A stretch of DNA of 64,000 bases from an uncultured Bifidobacteriaceae bacterium (GTDB taxonomy: Bacteria; Acidobacteriota; Vicinamibacteria; Vicinamibacterales; UBA2999). The stretch is from assembly GCA_964505975.1 (NCBI GenBank), contig CAZDLW010000004.1, positions 17,790-81,789 on the forward strand. Reading direction: 5' to 3'. Numbering within the stretch: position 1 is the stretch's first letter; every line of letters starts with the position of its first letter. This document shows, piece after piece, positions 44,736 through 54,111 of the stretch. The notes under the pieces are model-generated. The model was not told the DNA's origin. It searched no databases and saw nothing but the letters and a program-made list of their open reading frames with translations. Position numbers and translations under genes: made by a program.

Positions 44736-46166
44736 GTGCTATGCTCGCGCCAATTCCGGGACGCCGTGCAACGACCGATCTCCGAGCAAGCCGATCGTTT
44801 TCTCCGTAAAGTGTGCAGCGGCCAGCTGGCCACTGCCAGGCGGCTGCTCGAACGAACGCCGGCCATCGCGAGCGAGAGCATCCACACGGCCTGCGCGGCT
44901 GCCGACGCCGATGCCGTCGAGGCGTGGCTTCGCCGCGATCCCACGTGCGTCTCGCAGCGCCGCTGGGAAGCCGGCTGGACACCTATCCTCTTTCTGTGCG
45001 CGTCGCCGATGCATGCAGTTGATCCGCAGCACGCCGCCGCGAGTCTGCGGTGCGCGCACCTCCTCCTCGACGCCGGCGCGGACCCGAACGCGTTCACACT
45101 CTCCGATCCGGCCAATCCCCAGGCAAAGCTCCCGGCGCTCTATCGCGCCTGCGTGAGCAACAACGCCCCGGTCGTGCGGCTTTTGCTGGAACGAGGCGCA
45201 GACGTCAACGATGGCGAGTCGGTGTATCACGCGGCGCAACTGAACCACCGCGAGTGCCTGGAACTGCTGCGCACGCACGGTGCGGAGATCAGCGCGTCGC
45301 ACCCGGTCTGGAACAACACGCCTCTCTACTTCCTGGCCGGCGACGGCAGCACCCGTGCACGCGAGGGTATGCGGTGGCTGCTCGAACAGGGCGCCAATCC
45401 CGATGTCCCGAGTGGACCGCAACGCGAGACACCGCTGCACGCCGCCGTGCTCCACGGCCACCCGGCCATCGTCTCGTTGCTCCTCGATCACGGCGCGACG
45501 CCGGATTCACCTCGCGGAGACGGACGAACCGCCTGGGTGTTGGCACTCCGAAACGGCCGCGACGAGATCGCCCGCCGTTTGCAGGCCGCCGGCGCGAAGC
45601 CGGTGGCTCTGACACCCGTCGACAATCTGCTGTCGACCTGCATGCGAGGTGACGAGTCCACGGCACGCGAGCTCGCGACGACCGACCTCATGACCTCCAT
45701 GACCGCCGAGGATCGGGCAGCGCTCATCGCCGCGGTGAGCGACGATCGGCTGGCGGCCGTGCGGACCATGATCGGCATTGGTTTCGATCCGCGATGGGAA
45801 GGCCCGCACGGAGGCACGGCCCTTCACTGGGCCGCGTGGCGGGGCAGGACCGACATGGTGCGTCTGCTCCTCGAGCGTGGCGCGCCCGTCAACGTGCGCG
45901 ATAGCGAGTACGGCAGCTCACCCATCGCCTGGGCGGCGCACGGCTCGAAGTACTGCCGCGGGGCCGGCAACGAGGACTACCGTGCCATCGTCGACACGCT
46001 GATTGACGCGGGGGCCACGTATGACGCGGCGACCAACCGGTGGAACGAACCGCCGCAGGGCATGGCGAGCCGTCCAGTACGCGGCCGGCTGATCGAACGA
46101 GGGTTCGTCCCGTTGACATCGATGGGCAGGCGGAGGATGCGCTCGCCACGCGGTCGCGAGCGGTAG
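44736..46166 (+). CDS. Ankyrin-repeat protein (cytoplasmic)
   Basis: ORF 44652..46166 with a tentative GTG start at 44736. Repeats such as ETPLHAAVLHGHPAIVSLLLDHGATPD and GTALHWAAWRGRTDMVRLLLERGAPVN. Confidence 0.75.
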   Translation: MLCSRQFRDAVQRPISEQADRFLRKVCSGQLATARRLLERTPAIASESIHTACAAADADAVEAWLRRDPTCVSQRRWEAGWTPILFLCASPMHAVDPQHAAASLRCAHLLLDAGADPNAFTLSDPANPQAKLPALYRACVSNNAPVVRLLLERGADVNDGESVYHAAQLNHRECLELLRTHGAEISASHPVWNNTPLYFLAGDGSTRAREGMRWLLEQGANPDVPSGPQRETPLHAAVLHGHPAIVSLLLDHGATPDSPRGDGRTAWVLALRNGRDEIARRLQAAGAKPVALTPVDNLLSTCMRGDESTARELATTDLMTSMTAEDRAALIAAVSDDRLAAVRTMIGIGFDPRWEGPHGGTALHWAAWRGRTDMVRLLLERGAPVNVRDSEYGSSPIAWAAHGSKYCRGAGNEDYRAIVDTLIDAGATYDAATNRWNEPPQGMASRPVRGRLIERGFVPLTSMGRRRMRSPRGRER

Positions 46167-46190
46167 GATCTCGAACTGGGAGAATGGTAC

Positions 46191-46574
46191 TCACGGTCCG
46201 CCGGCGTCGGTGCACAGTGCATCGACGTCGACCCGGCACTCGAGGCCCTCGATGAGGATGATCTGTCCTCGACCGAACATGCCGACGCGCCAGCTGTCGA
46301 TCTCCAGACGTTCCCGAAGCTCGATCTGCCGACCGTCCTGCCAGACGTAGAGTACAGCGCGGACGGCCGCCGCCTGCTTGTAGTGATCGAACTTCTCGCC
46401 CAGGTCGTCGTCGATGGTGCTCGGGCTCTGTACTTCGACCGGGACCCCATGATTCAGCACCGTGTCCGGATTGCTCGGATCCGTCTCGACCGGGCCGCAT
46501 ACCACGGCGGCAGCCGGGTAGGTGGCCAGCCCGGTGGTGGACACGCGGATGCGGAGATCGGAGCTGTACACGCG
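46191..46574 (-). pseudogene. Uma2-family (DUF820) endonuclease, N-terminally truncated
   Basis: VYSSDLRIRVSTTGLATYPAAAVVCGP...LNHGVPVEVQSPSTIDDDLGEKFDHYKQAAAVRAVLYV matches the C-terminal two-thirds of Uma2 proteins. The upstream in-frame sequence runs into the neighbouring gene with no start. Confidence 0.55.
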
Positions 46575-46614
46575 ACACCGTCCGCGGAACTGATGCCGGA
46601 CCGGTGATGCGACA

Positions 46615-47153
46615 TCACTCAGGAACCCGTGTGCGTTCCTGCACGCGCGCGCCCGACAGGATGTTCGCCAGCCCGTAGTGGCCTTCGTGACAGGCGACTT
46701 CGTACGGGCGTTCGTCCGTCCTCCACAGCGTGTTTTCGAGCGTCCACGGCGTCGCGAACGTCTGCGGATCGGTCAGCGTGAGCTGGTAGATAATCGCGTC
46801 GGCGTCGACCCGCGTGAAACGCTCCACCAGGCGCAGGTATCGCGTTGCTCCCCTGACGTTTCCCTTGTCGTTGAAGTTCGTCGTCTCGACGACGAGCGTC
46901 TGGCCCTCCCACCAGCCGCGTGGGTCGCCGAGCCGCTGCCGGATGCCTGGCCCGAGGCGGGACGGCGATCGAGCGGCACGATGCGGACCTCTTGCATCAT
47001 CTCGGTCACAATCGACACGTAGTCGGGCGCCTGGAAGATCTGGTGATAGTTGTTGTAGAAGGGATTCGGAGAGAACAGCCCTCCAGTCGTAATGCACCGC
47101 TCGTCGTAGCTGCGATCGGTATAGGTCTCCACAGCGAGCGCACCGACCACCAC
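46615..47153 (-). pseudogene. Conserved hypothetical gene, frameshifted (paralog of the C-terminal part of 40091..41512)
   Basis: Frame A (46773..47153): ETYTDRSYDERCITTGGLFSPNPFYNNYHQIFQAPDYVSIVTEMMQEVRIVPLDRRP. Frame B (46615..): GIRQRLGDPRGWWEGQTLVVETTNFNDKGNVRGATRYLRLVERFTRVDADAIIYQLTLTDPQTF. A 1-nt shift lies near 46955-46965. Confidence 0.6.
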
Positions 47154-47373
47154 TTCGCCTCACGGCGGAGCGGCGATACCACGCTCGACTGGCTCCGGCT
47201 TGGCGGGGCGTGAGCCCAGCGCAACGGTTCGCGGAACATGCCGTCACACCGCACGGCGGCTGGGACGGTGCTCGGGGTTGTGGCGCTGCTGGCAGCGTAC
47301 CTGCCGGCCGGCCGCGAGGCGTGCATCAACCCGGAGGCGGCCCCGCGTTGCGACGGACCTCTGGCCCACAGCC

Positions 47374-48717
47374 TCACACTCCGCCAATCGTCCCCGTGCT
47401 GTCGCCGAACGAATCCCGTTCCACGCCGACTTTGTCGAGAATCGTCAGGTGGAGGTTGGCGAGCGGGGTCGTTTCGCGCAGCTCGATGTGCTGACCTCCC
47501 CGGAGGGCGCCGTCGCCGCCCCCGACGAGGATGGTCGGGAGTGGGTGTCCGTTGTGCCGGTCGCTGTTGGACATGTTCGAACCGTACAGGAACATCGCGT
47601 GGTCCAGCAGTGTGCCGTCGCCGTCTGGAATGGCGGCGATCTTGTCGAGGAACGCGGCAAAACGTTCCATGTGCCACGTCTGAATCCTGACGAGCTTCTC
47701 GAGCCGGCTCAGATCGTTGGCGTGATGCGAGACAGGATGAAAGGAGTCCGACACGCCGATGTGGTTGTAGGTGCGGTTGGTGCCCTCGGCCACCATGATG
47801 TAAGAGGCCACGCGCGTGAGATCCGCCTGGTACGCCAGCGCGATCAAGTCGAACAGCAGGTCAACCTGCTCGCCAAAGGCGTTCAGCTCCCCGATCGGCA
47901 CCCCGGGCACGTCGATGCCCGACAGGTCGCGGCTCGCGGCCACTTCCACCCGACGCTCGATCTCACGCACCGTGTCCAGGTAGTTGTCCAGCACCACCCG
48001 ATCCCCCGGATCCAGATCCCGCCGCAACGCGCGCGTGCGGTCACGGATGCGGTCCAGCAGGCTCATCGTGTGGTTCGAGATGGCAGTCCGCTCCTCGGGC
48101 GTATCTCCCTCCCCGAACAGCTGCATGAACACCTTGCGGGGATTGTGCTCCATGGGCAGCGGGGAATGCGGATCGCGGAAGGAGAGCGTGGCGTTGTAGT
48201 AGCAGCCCGCTCCGCTGCAGGCCGCCGCCTGCTGGGTGGTTTCCGCCGCCACTTCCAGGGACGGCAGCGTGGTGTCCTGGCCGATGTGCCGCGCCACCAC
48301 CTGATCGAGCGTCATGGACATGTTCGCACCGGCAGAACCCCTGTCGGGCCTGATCCCGCTCAGCCACGTGGCCGGTGCGAGGCTGTGCACGCCACCCACC
48401 ATGGCCCGGTTCTCGAGGTTCCCGAACGAGGTGACATGACGCTTGTGCAGCTCCAGCGACGACATGATCGGACTCAGCGTGAAGTCGGCACCCGAGCCGC
48501 TGGGCGTCCACCGGTCCATCTGTGGTCCGTGCGAGGTATTGCCCATGATCGCACCGTGCGGAATGTAGAAGAACCCCACGCGCAGCTTCGGCCTGGCAGC
48601 CGTCTGCGAGAGGGCGGTCGCAGCCGGGATCATGGCATCGAGCAGCGGCAGGGCCAGCGCAACACCGGCGCCTCGCAGCACGGTGCGACGGGACAGGTGT
48701 CGTTTCGTCAGGAACAT
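47374..48717 (-). CDS. DUF1552 domain-containing protein (TAT leader)
   Basis: MFLTKRHLSRRTVLRGAGVALALPLLDAM is the classical DUF1552 N-terminus. 447 aa. Confidence 0.85.
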   Translation of the reverse strand: MFLTKRHLSRRTVLRGAGVALALPLLDAMIPAATALSQTAARPKLRVGFFYIPHGAIMGNTSHGPQMDRWTPSGSGADFTLSPIMSSLELHKRHVTSFGNLENRAMVGGVHSLAPATWLSGIRPDRGSAGANMSMTLDQVVARHIGQDTTLPSLEVAAETTQQAAACSGAGCYYNATLSFRDPHSPLPMEHNPRKVFMQLFGEGDTPEERTAISNHTMSLLDRIRDRTRALRRDLDPGDRVVLDNYLDTVREIERRVEVAASRDLSGIDVPGVPIGELNAFGEQVDLLFDLIALAYQADLTRVASYIMVAEGTNRTYNHIGVSDSFHPVSHHANDLSRLEKLVRIQTWHMERFAAFLDKIAAIPDGDGTLLDHAMFLYGSNMSNSDRHNGHPLPTILVGGGDGALRGGQHIELRETTPLANLHLTILDKVGVERDSFGDSTGTIGGV

Positions 48718-48806
48718 GGAGAGCTCCTTGTGAAGCTGTCAAACGCGTGATGCGGCAGTACGATTCGAATTCTTCATGTTGAATTCTGAGTTCTGAGTTA
48801 CACGCG

Positions 48807-51314
48807 TCAGTCCCCTTTCGCCTGCATCCGGAACGCATCGCTCGTCACAATGCCGGAGACAATGGCCGACAGCCGATAGTCCTCTGCCGCGGCCCGGCGG
48901 ACCACGGCGCGGACCTGGGGCATGTCGAATGGCTCGAGCTCCCGACCCAGCGCATACAGCATCAGCTTTTCGGTGAGCGCGTGCACGAACAGGTCGGTGC
49001 CGCCGAACAACGCCGCGCGCAGCTCGACTGGGCCATCGACGGCCCGCCCGTTCGGCAGCACCGTGCCGGCGTCAATCGGAGCATCGGCTTCCTCGTCCCG
49101 CTCGCGCCATCGGCCGATGGCATCGAAGTGTTCCAGGGCGAACCCGATGGGATCGATGACGCCATGACACTGGTTGCAGCCCGGGTTGGCGCGATGACTT
49201 TCGAGTCGCGCCCGCAGCGTCATGGGCACGTCGTCATCGGGATTGGAGAGATCGGTTTCCACGTCGGGCGGCGGCGGTGTCGGCGGCGTTCCCATCAGCT
49301 TGTCCATGACCCACGCGCCACGCAGCACCGGCGAGGTGCGATTCCCGTACGAGGTCCGCAGCAGCACGGCACCCTTCCCCAGCAGCCCCCACCGCCGGAC
49401 ATCGTCGAGCTGCACGCGCCGGAACTGCGGGCCCAGCACCGAAGTGATTCCGTAGTGCTTGGCCAGCCGCTCGTTCAGGAACGTATGGTCGGCCGTGAGC
49501 AGCTCGCTCACGTTGCGATCCTCGAGCAGCACGCTTGCCACGAAGGACTCGATCTCGGCGGCCATGTCCCGTCGCAACTGCTCGCTGAACGTTGGAAACA
49601 ATTCCGGATCCGGCTCCACGTCGCCGAGGTTGTCCACGTCCAGCCACTTGAGGGCGAAGTTGCGCACGAGGGCCGTCGCGCGCGGGTCGTCCAGCATCCG
49701 GCGTGCCTCCTGCTGGAGCACCTCCGGGTCGGTCAGTCTGCCCGCATCAGCCAGATCCAGCAGTTCGTCGTCCGGCCCCTGGCTCCAGAGGAAGAAGGAG
49801 AGCCGCGACGCCAGCTCCAGACGGTTCAGGGCGAATTCGGCGCGATCCTGTGCCCCCTCGGGAGTCCGGATTACCCGGTAAAGGAACTCAGGGCTCACCA
49901 GCACCGCTGCGATGACCCGCTCGATACCTGCATCGAATCCGCCTCCGCCTGGCGACATCGGCGCGGCGGGTCCACGTGCGCCTGACGGCTCCAGCGCGGC
50001 ACGCCCACCCGGATCCCCTGACGGCATCGCCGGGGTCTGCCATCCGCGATCGAAGAACCCCATGAGCTCATCGATGTCTTCGTCCGTCACCGGCCGGCGG
50101 AACGCGCGGCGGGCAAGGTGTTCCGAGATGCGGCGGGCGCAGGCGCGTTCATCGGCAGCTTCGGCAGTGTCGGGGCGCCCCTGAGGTTCTCGAAGGGTTG
50201 AAGGTCGACAGATGAAGATGCGCTGGCGACTGAGGGTGTCGGACACCCCCGGAGAATTGAACGGACCCACGATCCGAACGCCATCCACGAGCCGCGGCGC
50301 CCGGTGGCCCCGGCTGAACTCATCGCCGGGCAGCACCGCCACGAACTCATCCGATTCGACACGGGCGCGCTCGATGAAAGTTACGGCCACATCACGGGTC
50401 CCGGCCTCGACGTGCACGGGGATATTCGCGAATCGCGCCATGACCTCGGCGCGTCCGGGCGCTCCGGCGCGCTCGACAATGCGCAGGTCGTCCAGCCCTC
50501 CCAGCGACTCGCGAAACACTTCGCGGCCGTCCACCAGAACGATCAGCGTATGGCGCGTCTCCAGTGCATAGGTATAGAGGTCGATGCCCAGATCCGGAAT
50601 CGTGAACCGGTACTCCCCATCCGCGGGGAAGTTATGTCTGAACGTCACTCCGCCCCGCGTGCCGAGTGGCAGTCCGTCGATGTGGACCGCCTGGTCGCCG
50701 TCCGGCTGTCGGTAATGTGCGCTGGAGGGCTTCGGTACAGAGTCGCCCACGGCGAGCCGTGCCGCGAGTCGCGCAGCCGCGACGTACTGATCGAGGAAGG
50801 CGGGCGAGATGCTGAGCGCCGCGGCGATATTGTCGAACCCGTGGACCTGGATCTCCGCCGGCAGAAGTTGCTCGGCATCGAGCTCGATACCCAGCAGATC
50901 GTTGACCGCGGTTCCGAACTCCGTTCGTGTGAGGCGTTGAATCGGGACGTGGCCGGCAACGCGGCCGCCAGGGGCGGCATCGAGAGTTGCCTCGAGCCAC
51001 GCCACGAACGCGTCGACTTCGCGCTGATCCGGCTGGCGGCTTCCGGGCGGCGGCATCTGCCGGCCGCGCAGTTTGCGCAGGGCAGCTTCCCAGACGCCGG
51101 CATGTTCGTGCACTGCGTCCAGCGTCAAGGCGTCGAAGGCCACGCCTCCAGCACGCACCGCCGGGCTGTGGCACCCGGCGCAGTAGGTGCCGATCAGTAT
51201 CCGCGCCTGTTCGGCGCCGCCGTCCTGTGCCAGGACCGCAGGAGCCGCGGTCTGTCCGAGAGCGACAACCGTCGCCGCGGCAAGGGCGAAGCCGATACAG
51301 ATGGCCCGCATCAT
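48807..51314 (-). CDS. DUF1592/DUF1588/DUF1595-type protein with c-type haem motif
   Basis: ORF 48807..51422, start at MMRAICIGFALAAATVVALG (ATG 51314 after GAGGTG). CAGCHS haem-binding site. Large size and position upstream of DUF1552, as in the known gene pair. Confidence 0.8.
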   Translation of the reverse strand: MMRAICIGFALAAATVVALGQTAAPAVLAQDGGAEQARILIGTYCAGCHSPAVRAGGVAFDALTLDAVHEHAGVWEAALRKLRGRQMPPPGSRQPDQREVDAFVAWLEATLDAAPGGRVAGHVPIQRLTRTEFGTAVNDLLGIELDAEQLLPAEIQVHGFDNIAAALSISPAFLDQYVAAARLAARLAVGDSVPKPSSAHYRQPDGDQAVHIDGLPLGTRGGVTFRHNFPADGEYRFTIPDLGIDLYTYALETRHTLIVLVDGREVFRESLGGLDDLRIVERAGAPGRAEVMARFANIPVHVEAGTRDVAVTFIERARVESDEFVAVLPGDEFSRGHRAPRLVDGVRIVGPFNSPGVSDTLSRQRIFICRPSTLREPQGRPDTAEAADERACARRISEHLARRAFRRPVTDEDIDELMGFFDRGWQTPAMPSGDPGGRAALEPSGARGPAAPMSPGGGGFDAGIERVIAAVLVSPEFLYRVIRTPEGAQDRAEFALNRLELASRLSFFLWSQGPDDELLDLADAGRLTDPEVLQQEARRMLDDPRATALVRNFALKWLDVDNLGDVEPDPELFPTFSEQLRRDMAAEIESFVASVLLEDRNVSELLTADHTFLNERLAKHYGITSVLGPQFRRVQLDDVRRWGLLGKGAVLLRTSYGNRTSPVLRGAWVMDKLMGTPPTPPPPDVETDLSNPDDDVPMTLRARLESHRANPGCNQCHGVIDPIGFALEHFDAIGRWRERDEEADAPIDAGTVLPNGRAVDGPVELRAALFGGTDLFVHALTEKLMLYALGRELEPFDMPQVRAVVRRAAAEDYRLSAIVSGIVTSDAFRMQAKGD

Positions 51315-51686
51315 AGGGCTCACCTCGTCGCCAATCCTACGAACGGCGGTTGACGTCAGCCGTGGTTGAGTTCGGTCGTGGGGGCCGGCTCTCAGCCGGC
51401 CCGGCGAGACGTCTCGAATCACCGACCCGTTGGAGATGATAGCCCGCCGCGAGCGGAATCCGCCAGGGCGGTGTCGCTCGACGATGAAGCACCCGCATCT
51501 GCACTTGCGGCTGTCCGATGGATGTGCCGCGCCATCGGTGTGCTATCGTTCGTGATTCGTTGGCGCCTACCTGTCTCAGGGCTGTGCCGTGGCCAATCCG
51601 AGCGATCTCTGGGATGAACCGCGCCCGTGGCGCTGCCCGATGGGATGACCGGGCTCCTCTGTGCCCTTCGTCCACCGGATGACCGA

Positions 51687-53930
51687 ATGAGCCTGCTTGG
51701 ACGGCGGCTTGGTCCGTTCGAGATCGTCACGCTGCTCGGGAAGGGCGGCATGGGCGAGGTGTACCGCGCGCACGATGCACGTCTGAGGCGCGATGTCGCC
51801 ATCAAGGCACTTCCCGCCGAGCTCGCCCTGGAGCCGGATCGGCTGGCGCGTCTGCGGCGAGAGGCGCGGATGCTGGCGGCGCTCACCCATCCCAACGTCG
51901 CGGTTCTCTATGGTCTGGAGGAGTCGGACGACGGCACCTTCCTGGTGATGGAGCTCGTCGAGGGCGAGACCCTGGACGAGCGGCTCGCGCGGACCGGTCC
52001 GCTGGCGTGGAACGAGGCACTGACGGTCGCCACGCAGATCGCCGACGCCCTCGGCGCGGCGCACGCCAAGGGGATCGTCCACCGTGACGTGAAGCCCACG
52101 AACATCAAGCTCACGCCCGACGGACGGGTCAAAGTGCTGGACTTCGGCCTGGCCAAGTCGCACGGGCGAGGCGGGCCGACCGACGAGACGGTCCTGCGGC
52201 CGACGCTGTCTGGATTGGAGACGCAGCCGGGAATGATCATCGGCACGCCCACCTACATGAGCCCCGAACAGGTACGCGGTCAGGCAAGCGACCATCGGTC
52301 GGATGTCTGGGCGATCGGGTGTGTGCTGTACGAGCTGTGCACCGGGGCACGGGCGTTCTCCGGCGCGACCCTGCCGGACACGCTGGCGGCCGTGTTGCAG
52401 TGTGAGCCCGAGTGGCGCGCGCTGCCGGCCACGGCACCCGGTGGCCTTCAGGCGTTTCTCGCGCGATGTCTCGCGAAGGACCCGGCCTGGCGCTGGCAGA
52501 GCGTCCCCGATCTGCACGAGGCGCTGACGCAGATCGGTCCCGGCCGCGGCTCGACACCTGGACGGGGACGCATGGACGGGCTGGTCGTGCTGCCGCTGCG
52601 CAATCTCTCCGGCGACCCGGCCCAGGACTACTTCGCCGACGGCATGACCGAGGCGCTCATCTGGGATCTGGCGAAGCTCCGGGCCCTCCGCGTCATTTCA
52701 CGGACCTCGGCGATGGTCTACAAGAACACCAGTCTGCCACTGCCGGAGATCGCGCGGGCGCTGCACGTGGATGGCGTGATGGAGGGGTCGGTCGTGCGCG
52801 ACGGCCAGCGAGTGCACATTCGGGCGCAACTGATCGACGCCTCCACGGACACGACGGTGTGGGGAGGCAGCTACGAACGCGACCTGAAGGACATTCTGAT
52901 CCTGCAGAGCGAAATCGCCCGGACCATCGCCCGCGAGATCCAGGTGGTGGTGACGCCGGAAGAGATCCGGCACCTCGCCGAGGGCGCCCGCACGGTGGAT
53001 CCGGTCGCCTACGAGGCGTATCTCAAGGGTCAGTTCCACTGGGGCAAGCTCACGCCGTCCGATCTCGACGCCGCGCTCGGATACTTCGAGCGGGCACGCG
53101 GACGGGAAGCAGCGCTCGGCGACGTCGGGATTGCTGCCGTCTGGGTCGCGCGCCAGCAGATGAATCTGGCGCCGCCCTCCGTCTCGGGGCCGCGTGCGAA
53201 GGCGGCCATTCAGCGCGCCCTCGATGCGGGCGACCATCTGCCGGAAGTCCACTACGTGAACGCGCTGGTGAAATGCGCCATCGACTGGGACTGGGACGCG
53301 GCGCACGCGGAGTTTGCACGCACGTTCCAACTCCGCCCGGGGTTCGCGGAGGCCCACGCGTACTACTCGCACCTCCTGATCATGATGGACCGCCCGCAGG
53401 AGGCGATTCGCGAGATGCAGCACGCCCTGGACCTCGACCCCCACAATGCCCTGTTCCGATGCCTCTACGGCATCGTGCTCGTTATCGCGCGCGAGTTCGA
53501 TCGAGCCATCAGCGAGTTTCGGGAAGTCCAGCTCGTGGTGCCCGCCAACGCCGTGATCAGCCGAGGTCTCCACATGGCGCTCCACCTGACCGGCCGGCGC
53601 GAGGAGGCGCGCGCGGAGCAGCGAGCGTGGTTCACGACCCTACGCGACACCGAGGCCATGGCCGCGCTGGACGCGGGCACCGACTATGCCGATGCCATGC
53701 TTCGTGCGGCCGAGACACTCGCCGCTCGAGGGCGCACGGGCTACTATTCGCCCTGCGACATCTCGCGTCTGTACCTGACTGCGGGACGGAAGACAGAGGC
53801 GATGGATTGGCTGGAAATCGCCTTGGCGCAACGCGATCCCGATATGCCGTACGTGCGTAACGTCCTCAACGAGCCGCTCTTCGAGGAGCCGCGCTTTCAG
53901 GGCATCGTGCGACAGATGCGTTTCCCGTGA
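51687..53930 (+). CDS. Serine/threonine protein kinase with C-terminal TolB-N-like and TPR-like region
   Basis: GKGGMGEVYRAHD...DVAIKAL, HRDVKPTNIKL, DFGLAK, GTPTYMSPE. These are followed by VVLPLRNLSGDPAQDYFADGMTEAL and helical repeats. Confidence 0.9.
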   Translation: MSLLGRRLGPFEIVTLLGKGGMGEVYRAHDARLRRDVAIKALPAELALEPDRLARLRREARMLAALTHPNVAVLYGLEESDDGTFLVMELVEGETLDERLARTGPLAWNEALTVATQIADALGAAHAKGIVHRDVKPTNIKLTPDGRVKVLDFGLAKSHGRGGPTDETVLRPTLSGLETQPGMIIGTPTYMSPEQVRGQASDHRSDVWAIGCVLYELCTGARAFSGATLPDTLAAVLQCEPEWRALPATAPGGLQAFLARCLAKDPAWRWQSVPDLHEALTQIGPGRGSTPGRGRMDGLVVLPLRNLSGDPAQDYFADGMTEALIWDLAKLRALRVISRTSAMVYKNTSLPLPEIARALHVDGVMEGSVVRDGQRVHIRAQLIDASTDTTVWGGSYERDLKDILILQSEIARTIAREIQVVVTPEEIRHLAEGARTVDPVAYEAYLKGQFHWGKLTPSDLDAALGYFERARGREAALGDVGIAAVWVARQQMNLAPPSVSGPRAKAAIQRALDAGDHLPEVHYVNALVKCAIDWDWDAAHAEFARTFQLRPGFAEAHAYYSHLLIMMDRPQEAIREMQHALDLDPHNALFRCLYGIVLVIAREFDRAISEFREVQLVVPANAVISRGLHMALHLTGRREEARAEQRAWFTTLRDTEAMAALDAGTDYADAMLRAAETLAARGRTGYYSPCDISRLYLTAGRKTEAMDWLEIALAQRDPDMPYVRNVLNEPLFEEPRFQGIVRQMRFP

Positions 53931-54111
53931 CCTGAGTGACGGAACTTGTCGAGGATACGCCCTCGGGATTGGGCAGGCGCCGACTCGATTCACAGCGTTC
54001 AATACACATAAGGTGAGGTTCTATACTGCAGCATCGACTGCAACGTTCCCCCCGTCGACGGGCCGGCGCCGGCCGAGTGGTTGTGTCGTGCAGCGGTAGT
54101 AGACTGGCACG

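Noticed and set aside
53998-54027. TTCAAT-18 nt-TATACT as a promoter feature for the second kinase.
   Set aside because: It is plausible, but the hexamers are weak and there is no supporting evidence. It is kept as a remark inside the kinase finding rather than as a feature.
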